Shown: positions 39,404 through 50,682 of the stretch, one piece after another | Layout: every line of letters starts with the position of its first letter | Position numbering within the stretch: the first letter of the stretch is position 1 | Assembly (NCBI GenBank): GCA_030704615.1 | Contig: CM060732.1 | Span: 62,000,001 to 62,064,000 of the forward strand | Origin: Takakia lepidozioides | Lineage: Eukaryota > Plantae > Bryophyta | DNA: 64,000 bases | Direction: 5' to 3' | Position numbers and translations under genes: made by a program | Notes under the pieces: generated by a model | The model's database searches: none | What the model was told of the DNA's origin: nothing | The model's input: the letters and a program-made list of their open reading frames with translations, nothing else

Positions 39404-42400
39404 GACGGGTAGCTTATTGGCTGGCTCAGTTTCTAGTACCACCACCCGCTCCAAATTATGAGAAACTCATCTTCGAGTTCAACTCGATGACTCAACATGC
39501 CTGGGAGGTGCAAGAAAGTGTGCTTAAAACCATTCTGCGGCGCAATGCCCACACAGAGTACTTGGGACGGTTCAAGCAAGGGCCAGACAGACTCAATGTC
39601 TACTGACTGGTTCAAAGAGTGCGTGCCCCTCCTAACGCATGCGGACATAGAGCAGGATATCCAGCGAGTTGCTGATGGTGATATGTCGCCCATTCTTTGT
39701 GCTGATCCTATCATCAGGTTCGGATCAAGTTGCCCAAAACATTATCCTACAATTGCACGTACTAAATTATCAAATTTCACTGCCAGCAGCTAAGTTACAT
39801 GTCGGATTATTTGGTTGGCGGCTGGCTGCAGCTCAGGAACTTCTGGTGGCAAGCCAAAGCTGATTCCATCGACCAGCACGACCGCTCAACTTGCAATTGA
39901 CTCTACCTGGTTCAGTGCTGCGTTCAGAAACCAGTACATTCTACTAAAACCTCCATGTTTGAATACAGACTTCCCCAGTACGACGAAAGAGAACCTTGAC
40001 TATCGAGTTTAAAATTTTCTGAAGATTCATCTGCACTAGACTCGCGTTGCCTCCGCGCAGACTTTAATAGCTGTTGCATGCGCTTTCTTGCCCATCTCTG
40101 GGTCCCCCCTACCACTACCTGCACCCCACCCGACCTATCCGCTCACTCTGCACCAGCTGCTCTCACACTTTGTGTTACCTGGACCCTGCACCCATAGATT
40201 GTACTCATGAGACGTTGTTTGCCGTAGCCTTGTGGCCATTGACCCCGCGCCCAGTTTGAGCGGGAACAAAAGGGACAGAACCTACCTCTGTCGGGGGCTG
40301 ACGTTGGTAGTAAGACTTACCTCCATATATAGAATTCTCTAGAAATCCCTTCACACAAGCATCAATCTGCTGTGTGTGATTTGCCCAAAAACTAGGCCTC
40401 AGGAGGGCCTGGGCTTTTGGCTCAGCCTCGAGACTTTCAAAGTTGGTAAACAGGGGTACAGGCACAATTCCCTTAATAGATTTGAAGAGAGCGTCTCTTT
40501 GGCGAGAGAACCCCGGACAGTGTATCAGAAAATGAATACTGTCTTCAGATTGCCCACACAACGGGCAATTGCACTCTCCCTTTCCTCTCTGCTTCTGTTT
40601 GCTGTTCAAAGGTAGACTTCCTGCCCTGAGTTTAAATTTCAGTCTAGTGCCGAGAGTGGGTAGACCCTAGAGGTCATCCAAGATGTCCTCCCCCACGTCA
40701 CAGACTGGAAACAAGTTCTTCTGCCTAACTTCATTTTCATCAGACAATCTCATGGCAACAGACATGGCTGAGGACCCTACAGCCTCTAAGTCAGATTTAT
40801 CCAGCAGGGTCAAGACTTGCGGATCCAGGTCCAGGTCCTTGAGGATCTCTTCTACTCTCTTCTGCCAGGACTTAGCCTGTTTGACAGGGCGGTCCTGTTT
40901 CCAAGATATAGAGTCGATTAACTTAGGATATCTGGTGTTGGGCATATGTTGCAGCTGACCCCACCATCTGACCTTGAATTCATCTCGTCGGGAGCTTAAG
41001 GACGGAATGCCAAACTCACCCCGAACAGCCACATTAGCTGTTTTGGAGCAAAGTGTAGGAAGGGAGGACGGGGATCTCTTGGCTACCCCACTGCCACTTA
41101 AGATCACTTTCTCCCTCTCCTCTGTCGTTGAATGCTACCACTGCACATTTGCTGACATTAGCCTCTAGCCCCCAAAGATCAAAGTATCTCTTCGCGCAAT
41201 CAATCAACTCCTGGAGATTGGTTGGAGTCTCCCCTATGCCTGCGAAGTCATCCGCAAACATAAGGGCTGGTATGGTGGTATCACCCACCCTTAACCCAAA
41301 TCCCTCACTTTCCACATCCTCGAGGAGTTGATTGATGAGAACATTGAAGAGCATAGGGGAGAGAGTACATCCTTGAGCTACACCTTGGTCTATGTCAAAG
41401 AAGTTGGACTTCTGTCCGTTAACAGTGACACAGCTTTTGGTGCGAGCATACAAGTTGTGGACAACTCTCCACATCTTTCCCTTGATCCCACAAGACCAGA
41501 GGCGGAACCATAGGCCATCTCTCCACACTGTGTCATAAGCCTTTTTGACATCCAGGAAAAAGACATAAGTGGGTAAACCCTAGAGAACTTAGATGGGGAA
41601 TGGTCAGAAATAGAGAGGAGCCAATGGCGGTCTCGCTTATTTAGTAATTACTTCAGTGGGCTCTACAATACGCGAACATTTTAAGGAGGTTAGGATGTAT
41701 ACGATACATATTTGTTCGTACATGAAATCCGGGAGTGAACAGTAGGGATGAGTTCTGTGGTGTAAGTTATAAGGATCCATACTAAGTGTATGGAGGGCTA
41801 TGGGATTAGCGAGTGGGAAGGACTAGATCGACTGTGCCTGCAGCTTTCCGATGCGATCCAATGGAAAGAGCTTGGCTTTTGTGCACACTGGAAAGGTATA
41901 TGAGACCAAAAGTGGTGTGAAGGCGGCTTGCACAACTGCCAACTACTTCTGGAGCGATGCCTTTCGACATCGGAAGCAGGCCAGACTGCCGCCAGCGAAT
42001 TTCGTGAGTCCCGATGAAATCATTTTCGGGACTGACTCTGTCCAATCCATGTATTGTCATTTGCTTTGTGCGTTGCTACGATCAGACGAAGTGGACTTCC
42101 TCACTTCCCTATTCCCGTTCAGTATAATTGAAGGCTTCAAGATGCTTGAACAAAGATGGGAGGAGATCTGTCAAGACATTCAGAGTGGAACTCTGAGCTC
42201 ATGGATCACTGAGCCGGCGATGAGAACTGCTGTCGCACTCCTTGACAGGGTAAGTGAAATAAGGACAACCTTATTGGGTCTTGAATCCAACTAGCATATG
42301 AGACCTGTGCGTGAATATTTTCTCTAGTACTCGAGCAAAGATGAAGTTTTGCATGTTTGTAAGGAGAGTGAATAATGTACCATAGTCAAGCATGTCTACA

Positions 42401-43856
42401 GTCTTAGAATTCAGTCATACGAATCAAAATCTAGTTACAAATTCTTTTGCAATTCATATTTGTCTCTTTATAAGCACGGACCCTCTCCCGACTCTATAAG
42501 TCAGATCACTGCTGCATATGATGATGTCAATGGTTATCTTTGCAGCCCGATCCAAAGACAGCTGAGGATCTGCGGAAGAAATGTGCAAACAAGTCATGGG
42601 GTGGGATTGTGGAACGCCTTTGGCCAAATGTGCAATACATAGTGTGTTACAACAGGTCCTATGGCAGCCTATGTGCCTCACCTAAAACAGTACGCCGGAA
42701 ATGTGCCCCTTGTTTGTGGAGAGTATGGAGCTTCGGAGTGCGCTTGGTTAGGAATCAACTTAAACCCCCATGCTCCATCGAAGGACGTGTCGTTTACAAT
42801 CCTGCCAAATCTTGCATTCTTTGAATTCATTCCACATGGTACGCATAACCATAGAGTCGAGGGTCGCAAGTCAACTTCAATTTCTGAATGGAAGCAGCAA
42901 CCTGCTGTCCAGACTGTGGGGCTCTCAGAGCTACAAGTTGGTCAAGAATACGAAATAGTCCTAACAAACTCTGCAGGTATGGACATGGATTGCTCAATCT
43001 CACCAGTGCTCAGCTGTGCGACACTGCTGAAATCAGTTTGTGTAGGCTTGGTTTTCGTACTTGCTTATAGTGAGAACTGTCTATGTACTTTGATTGGAAG
43101 AGAAATTTTTGGCTCTATCTCTAAAGTCTATCTCTAGAAAAAAGATCAAGTTTCGTTTATATATGTGATGATGGGGTAGAACAGCTTGTTCGTTGATCAC
43201 ATCGGTACCGTATCATGAACTTCACGAGTTTATTTCGTTCAGGACTTTCTCGATATCGACTAGGAGATGTTGTCAAGATCACAGGCTTCTACAACACATC
43301 TCCGCAATTTGCCTACGTTTCACGAAAAAATGGACTGCTCTGTCTTTGCAACGATAGCACCGATGAGAAAGAGCTTCTCTTTGTTGTTAAAAAGGCTGCT
43401 CAATTACTCGAGGAGGCTGCGCCGAGCCTGGAACTTGAGGAATTCACAAGCTATGCTGACCACTCCTCAGTTCCTGGGGGACAATATGATCTTTCTAGGA
43501 TGTTGCAGAGGTGCAGTTCACTGATGGACACCTCCTTTGGATACTACTACATGCAAGGCAGAGTTAGTGGGTTGATTGGAAATGTAGAGCTGTGTGTTGT
43601 GAAGAGCGGTACATTTCGCAGGATGGCTGACCATGCTATGAGCTTTGGAGCATCGGCGCTTCAGTACAAGACTCCTGCAATCATCAACTCTCCCAAACTA
43701 CTTGGTATTCTTAGAGAGGGCGTTATTCAAACATTGCACAGCTCCGAATATCCAGAGACTAAATGGTCGTCTTGGACATTCAAGGATCCCTCATGGGTGA
43801 GTCCACTCTTCATACCTATAGTGCTGTCATCACCTAATTACAAATACCCCTGTTAA
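39404..43856 (+). pseudogene. GH3: GH3 acyl-acid amido synthetase, probable pseudogene (or mis-assembled gene)
   Basis: GH3 motifs: VQESVLKTILRRNAHTEYL, FKECVPL..DIQRVADGDMSPIL, SGTSGGKPKLIP, SPDEIIF..QSMYCHLLCAL, YGASE, GLSRYRLGDVV, QYKTP. Lesions: frameshifts near 39595 and 42645, a damaged donor near 39729, loss of the HYVxFWE segment after SVPG, and a LINE in one intron. Confidence 0.85.
40205..41580 (-). mobile_element. 5'-truncated non-LTR retrotransposon (RTE/RTEX-like RT plus C-terminal CCHC) in a GH3 intron
   Basis: FLDVKKAYDTVWRDGL, QGVAQGCTLSPMLFN, LMFADD, ANVSKC, then CPLCGQSEDSIHFLIHCP. Frameshifted. Confidence 0.88.
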
Positions 43857-44900
43857 AGGATAAGTAGAAAAGGAGGGGAAGGACAGGCAGATGAGAGGGA
43901 AAAGTGGGGCTTGATGAGTTGGACAGGTGGGCCTGGGCTGGGGGGACAGGGGGGACACCTGAAAGAGGGGGGAGACAATGTTCAATTTATGAAAGGTAAA
44001 AAATAGGCATACCATTGGAACAGCCAATGGTGGGCTCAGATTAGAGTTTTTTTGGGGGGTGCAATTACTAGACACGTGTCAAATAGTGGGGGCGTTTATG
44101 GAGGGTAAGACACCTGGGGAATCTTCTGGAAGACTCCACCACCGCCTACTACTTATACAATATATTATATATATATATAAGTAAGTCGTTTCATGATTTT
44201 AACACCTGTATATATATATTTTCTCAAAATTATAAAAGACCCTAATGTAAATATATAAAATTACGTTACAAAATAAATTAATCCTTTTTGTATACAGTAT
44301 ATGATTTATATTTTTGAATTATTAAAAATACCGTTATATATGTATATTGTGATTAGAATAGGGCAGGGATGGAGATGGGACGAGGGCAAAATCTATAGCG
44401 GAAGAAAAAAGATAAGTTAGTAGGAGACGAGATTGATGGCGAGGGTCATGAGAGATTTTTATTTTGCAAAAGATTTTTCAATCAAAGCCACAACGTGGAG
44501 CTTGTTAATCAGAATCCTTATTATTATACTTCCCATTCAAGGTGGACCAAGAGTGGCAGTCATTGACCTAACAAATTTTTAAAAATAATCCTCGAAAATA
44601 GAGAAACAAAGTCTCACAATGCATTTTTCATGTGAATGAATGTGGAATATCTCCGCAGAAATAGGTGTATAACTGCGGTATTTGGCCCTTCATCTTCCAC
44701 GGTTGCATCCTGGGCTGGGCTAGCAAGCTCACGCATGCAGGCTCACACACTCAGGGCAGGCTCACCCTCTAGCATTCCAAGTGAGTTTATGGTGTATTTT
44801 GGTATGTACAGTCTTGCTTTCATCTTGCTCAGAATAGCCTACTATTGAAACAACCATGTTCTAGGTACCACATGCTGGAGCTGATGCAGTTTCAAATAAG

Positions 44901-46205
44901 AGCTGAGGTACTCACGGACCAAGGGAGAGAGTTATTGGGGGAGTTTCAGGCTTTGTGTGATAAAGCCTTGATAGACCACCGCACCACTTCTCGGGATCAT
45001 CCTGAGGCCGATGGCTTGGCAGAGAGAGTTGTTCAGACGGTGAAGAGGGGTTTGCGCAAGTATGGCTTGTAGAAGGGACACCTAGGAGATTGGGATCTTC
45101 AGGTTCCTTGGTTAGCCATGGGCTACAGGTTCAGCAAACAAGCATCACTTGCCTCCTTCTCACCATATTCCTTCTCTTTGGCCGAGAGCTGGATTTGTCT
45201 GCAGCCATTCGTATGGACACTGCTCAAGTCCTTAACCTTGACTATCAGGACATGTGGGTACGTGTATGTGATCAGCGTGCAGAGATGTTCAAGAAAGTCA
45301 TGCCCATGGCTTTTGAGAACATTGTCATTGCACCGTGATACGTTGAGGTATGCCACTATACGTGGTGGAGGATATCTTCCTGGGGTTCGGAGGTTTAGCC
45401 CCGGTAACTATGTTTATTTGCAGCAGACTGCTCCTACGACTCTGGATGTTACTGCAGGGCGTGTTATTCTGAGGGTTCGAGAGGTGTTGCCCTCAGGGGT
45501 CCTGATCTTGGAGGGTCGGGATGGCATGACTTGGAAGGACCATGTGCGTAATTGTGCGCCATGTCACCTTCCCAATGTCAATGGCAGAGTTGACCCAAAC
45601 TTGGCAGTGGTACCTGCAGGTTTGAGGTGCATGCTCTGTGGGTCTGCCAAAGGGGCAGCCACCATGCTAGTGTGTGATCGATGCTCAAGGGGTTGGCATA
45701 TGGGATGCTTGAAACCACCTCTTGATAAGGTTCCTGACGGAGATTGGTTGTGTCCACACTGCTTGGGATAGTGGCAGTGGACATGACTGGAGGCAGCTAA
45801 CAAGACATGGGAGGCCAAGCTCATAGAAGTCAATACATGAGATCCCAAGCTCAAGTTCACAGGTTGCAAGACGGCGACTAACGATGGGGCAACTCTTGCA
45901 CCCGGCCTCTTGATCTATCGAGTTTGAGTGTAATAGGGATAGTGGTGGAGGACTTAGTGAGGCTATGGTCACTATCACATCTTGTGGCTACCTGGATTTA
46001 GAGGGACCTAAGCACGCTAGGGGGGCGATTGTGTGGACTAGTGACTGCCATAGTGGGCAGCATAGTGGCAGCCTAGTGACTGACTAGTTGTAGCCTAGTG
46101 GTTGGACTAGTTGTGGACTAGTGGTGGACTAGTGTGTGGTGTGCACATGTGTTGTGTGGTTTTGGACAGCGATGTAATTGTGTAGCGATATGTATGCGCA
46201 CGACA
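44901..46205 (+). mobile_element. 5'-truncated copy of the DNMT-Gypsy element (integrase C-terminal half, PHD, PPT, 3' LTR)
   Basis: High identity to 57100-58412. Premature TAG at ~45070 and indels. PHD CMLC..CDRC..WHMGC..WLCPHC, PPT AGGGGGGCGA at 46019-46028, LTR at 46030-46205. Confidence 0.95.
46030..46205 (+). repeat. LTR (176 bp, TG...CA)
   Basis: Follows the PPT. Ends match 58236-58412 and 58743-58919 exactly, with different flanks. Confidence 0.9.
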
Positions 46206-46209
46206 AATA

Positions 46210-46490
46210 TCTGCGACTACCAGCATGAGGGTGGTCGCAGCAGTTTTTTTAAAAAAATAACATGCGACTTCCTCGCACCCAATTTTTTTTTTTTTTAAAT
46301 GTGCGACCACCCTCTGCTTGTGGTCGCACCTATTAAAAAAATTGAAAATGCTACGACCACCACCTGCTGGTGGTCGCACCCATTTAAAAAATAAGAAAAA
46401 AATGTGCGACCGCCCCCATCTGGTGGTCGCACCTATTTTTTATTTTTATTTTTAAATTGTCCGACCAACCGTTGCTGACGGTCGCATGAT
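46210..46490. repeat. Array of direct and inverted TGCGACCAC/GTGGTCGCA motifs (CACTA-like subterminal repeats)
   Basis: About 10 motif copies in both orientations separated by A/T tracts. No terminal CACTA seen. Confidence 0.55.
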
Positions 46491-49400
46491 TGACAATATA
46501 AATCATAATATATGAATTTTACAAATAAATAATGAAATCCACGTAATGAGGCCACTTCGGTTGCCACGTCGATTTTTATAGTAAATAGTCAATAGTAAAG
46601 TTAAAAAAAATAAACATATTTATGTACAGTAACGTCCATTTAGGACGTGACGTGACGCACGTCCAAATTTGCAACTAGGGAAGGGAGTGACCCTTTAGAA
46701 CACGATTGTTATCAAAAAATAGAAATCATAAGTTATGTGAAAGATGTGTTTCTCTATCAAGAAATAGATGTCCGCTTTGTTTTATCTTCTTTATGGTCAT
46801 CTTCTTTTGAGTCTTTCACAAGAGTTTATTTAAGATGTTTATTAGTTAGTGATGTACCGGTCATCTCTACAAGTGAATTCTGAAATGTTATCTCTTACGC
46901 TTTGGCTCAGAAATCTCTTCATAAAGATATAGGTTATAATATAGTAGTGACATGTATAATTATTAAATGATCTATTGGTGCAGTTGGGTTAATCAGAAAA
47001 CTAACCGAACGATATAGAGATTTGTGTAGTATAAGTAATGCTTTTAAAGATGGCAAATGTGTTCTTCCATATTGGTTACATATTGAGGCAAAAGATACGC
47101 GTAAGGGCTATAGCAAATCTGCATGGAGTTTCCAGACACATGCCAGCAAGATCCCCGGCTGTTACGGCAATGACTCACCGACATGCAATTCCAGGGGCTA
47201 TGAATAAACACATCATAGACAAGCCAAGCCTTGTTATTATGACACCAGGGCGGGTAGGTGTACTCAGGAGATTAATGAACCGCAAAATCAGGCTAATCAT
47301 AAACTGTTAACTCAAGAAAGACGGCGGGAAATTGTAAGAAATAGAAAATCAAGAAAAGATAATGAAGACGGGGATGAAGAAGAGCAAGAACTCGTTACAT
47401 TACCAAGAAAATACTATTGGTATTGTGATTGTGCAGAATAATCCCGGATATGAGTAGCTTATTCCGCCAGTTGTGCAGAATGTGCTTCCAGCCGGAAGTT
47501 ATATTTTCACAGTTGGAGGACGCCCACAATTGTGCAAGAGAATTTCTCCGCCATGAAATCTTTTCTGAACCCTAAGCTTTTTAGTCTTTTACGATATGAT
47601 ACTTAATGTTGTACAGAGCAATGTTCGTGTAGCCACCAGCAATTCACACAAAACACCGGCCAATTCCTCTCCTCCAATCGTAAGTCCGATCTGCTTCAGA
47701 ACTTCTGGCTTCAACTCTACTATATACATGAATAATATGCACAGCAGAACCTAAACCTATTCAAAACACTCCTTGTAACGACGTCGTGCTGCAATAGCTA
47801 ATTACTAATACTGGCATTCTAACTTCAGCCATTGACACAGCAATCGGAATTCATCACGAAATTGAACGAATGAGTACAGCTCCCAGGCATTCCACTCCGT
47901 AGCTAAGAGCACATCACAAAACTTACACAACTCTTCGATTCCTAAATCATGAACGAACCAGGACCGATCATCACACACTCCAACAAACAAACCTTATAGC
48001 AAAGAGAAAGAACACGAAAACGAACTTAGTGAACCGAAGAAGATTTATACACAGATCCAAAACATTTTTCTCGTCGCGATATGTACTCGTCTGCGCAAAA
48101 CAAAAAAAACATCAAACTCTCCAACTCATCCAAATTCCAAAAGCAATTATCAACAACTCCCTGCCATCAACCAAACTCTGCAAAACAAAACTCCACAAAA
48201 CTTCTACTCACAGGCAACGCCAAGTAAAATGCGAGAATGACTTGCATCAGCATCAGACTAAATGAATATCAAGTTCAGAATCTATGAACCTATGCGGAAC
48301 AGCAACGACACCCTAGCTTCACCAAACAGAAACGAAAACCTTGTTAAACTTAACAATAATATAAACCAAGCGAAAGTAGAAGAAAGAAGCGGTGCAAAGA
48401 TCAAATCATTGCAATTATAAGAAACTCCAAAAAAACGGGAACTGGAGTACAAAATAACAAGTGAAAGAGAGAGAGAAACATGCCTTAAAGCGTATAAGCC
48501 CGAGAGTGCGCAACCTGCATAGAAACTAAAACACAATCAGGAAAATAATCTCACACTTGGGACAATTTTATTTCAAAGCACATTAACACAGAAAATGTAT
48601 TGCAACAAAGCAAACTAGAACTCGCCGAATTATACTAGGACCACACACTCGCAGCCAGAAGAAGTACCACAATTGCAAGAAGCAGGAGTATGAGTGAGCG
48701 AAGATTGAGAGAGCAGGAGTATGAGAGATCAAGAGCGAGAGAAGAAAGATGGTGTGCAGAAGAAGATCGAGAGGGGTGGAAGAAGAGGGGCGGGCGAGGA
48801 AATGAGCCTGCCGGAGGGGGTTATATGCTTCGACCTCCGGGGTTATCTTAGTTGTGGCTTTTAGCTAGCAGCTCTTAGTTTCTGCTGTTTCCTGCCTCCA
48901 GGCTTCTTCCTGCTCATGTTAGTCTTCTTGTCTTTTGGTTCCCATTGCTTAGCAAAAGCTTCCCTTGGCGGGCCCTTGTCTGCTTCGGCCCTGTCTTCTT
49001 GGTTTTGAAGCATTGTTTTCCTCTATCAACCTTCATGGCACTAGTTTTGAGGTTATTTTTTCCTCACGTATTTTCCGGACTTCTCGTCATACAGTTTCAA
49101 GGCGTGTAAGATGGAGTATTCCACCTGTTGCAGATGCTCTTCTGTTCGTTGGTTGGATGAAAAGCAAGGTGGTTGGTGAAGCTAATTAAATGTGTCTAAT
49201 GTTAGCCTAGGCCCTTGTCTCATTCCAATAGTAACCTAATCAAACAGGGTGGCTACTAATGTGTGGAAGAAACTTAAAGAAATCCTAGCAGCCAATAAGA
49301 GGCCACCATTTGCCATTCTAGATTAGCTCTTTTTTTAATATAAAAAGCGGATGGCTTATGCCAAACGTAGGATGTTTTGGGTGATCAGCACTGTGTACTT

Positions 49401-50254
49401 GGATGTGCCGGGCATTTGGATGATTTGCACTTGATACCCCTGCATGTGATTAGATTGGCCCACCTGTGAGACTCCTCTAGCGAGAGATCCTTCCCATCTA
49501 GCTTGGCGTGCTTTACTGGCTATTTCCCCACTTGAGCGCCCAAACACACAGAGGAAAAGGGAATATTCCCCGAGTAGAGAAGTTTGGTGGAGATGGGGGG
49601 CATTTTAATCTGACGGCTCGGGTGTGCTAGGAATGATAACCTAGGTTGGGTCTGGCTATGGTGCAACGACGGCTGGCGGCCCAATTTACCCTGCACAATC
49701 ATTTGCTCCACCCTGTGTATGTTGTTGCTGCTAGTGTTAACCCTATTTTAACTAATTCTGGACTTTTGGCTTAAATCCAGACCAAACTTAATATGTATTT
49801 GAATTAAAATTAATTCAAATGTTAATAATATCTTGGATAGTAATGTGTGATTGAACTTTGTGAGATTACAAATGATGTCATACTTGCTTCAAAATGTAAC
49901 ATATAAGATGTCCATTTGACATTGAAGTGCTTGTGAAGTTGCAGTGTAACTGAACAATTCATTGAACGTCGACTGGGAAGTCGAATGATGTAATATTACA
50001 TTATGTTACAATCACGATAAACAAATGTGTCGAATCGAACATGGGATAGACTCATAGTACTCTACCATATTTGATATAAGTTGATAGTAATTTTGATTGA
50101 ATGTTCATGCAGACAAGCACAATATTCATAGACAATGCCATTGGAATGATGTTTTGGGTGTGAGAAGGGCAGTAAAATATTAAAATAGCTTGAAACATTA
50201 GGAAGATGACCTACTAGGACAGTAAAATAAGGTTTGGGGTGTAACTAGATATAT

Positions 50255-50490
50255 TGTGCCTGAGGCCTTTGGGGCTGTGACGGGCTGTGAGGGGCTGTGA
50301 CAGGCTGTGCCTGAGGCCTTTGAGGCTGTGACGAGCTGTGAGGGGCTGTGACAGGCTGTGCCCAGTGGCCTGTGGGACTGTGACGGCTGTGACCAGTGAG
50401 CTGTGTGGGCCTGTGCTGGTCTGTGGTGGCCCGTGTTGACCTGTGGATGGCCTGTGCTGACTCGTGGAGGCACTGGTGGACTAAGGACTG
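50255..50490 (+). repeat. Minisatellite upstream of gag (10-bp GGGCTGTGAC-like units with a 51-bp higher-order duplication)
   Basis: 51-bp unit at 50255-50305 and 50306-50356, followed by degenerate CTGTG-containing units. Confidence 0.85.
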
Positions 50491-50682
50491 GCATGTGGTC
50501 TGGAAGGCCGAATTTTGAAGCTCGTGGAGGGCGGTTTGAGGAGTATCTTCATGATATTCCCATGGTCATGCAAGTTCAGGTGTAGGCTATGTTAGGAACT
50601 TAGTATTCCAAACCATAAGCCGCAACAGGTTCTCTACCCGGTTACCTTGTGGAGAGGGGGTTAGGGGCATGTTCATGACCGG

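Noticed and set aside
46030-46140. Regularly spaced short repeats in the LTR and at 50255-50490, superficially CRISPR-like
   Set aside because: Eukaryotic context, no unique spacers and no cas genes. These are minisatellite-type units.
47000-49750. Short ORFs between the LTR fragment and the intact element
   Set aside because: No transposase or other motif is recognisable, so the region is left unannotated.
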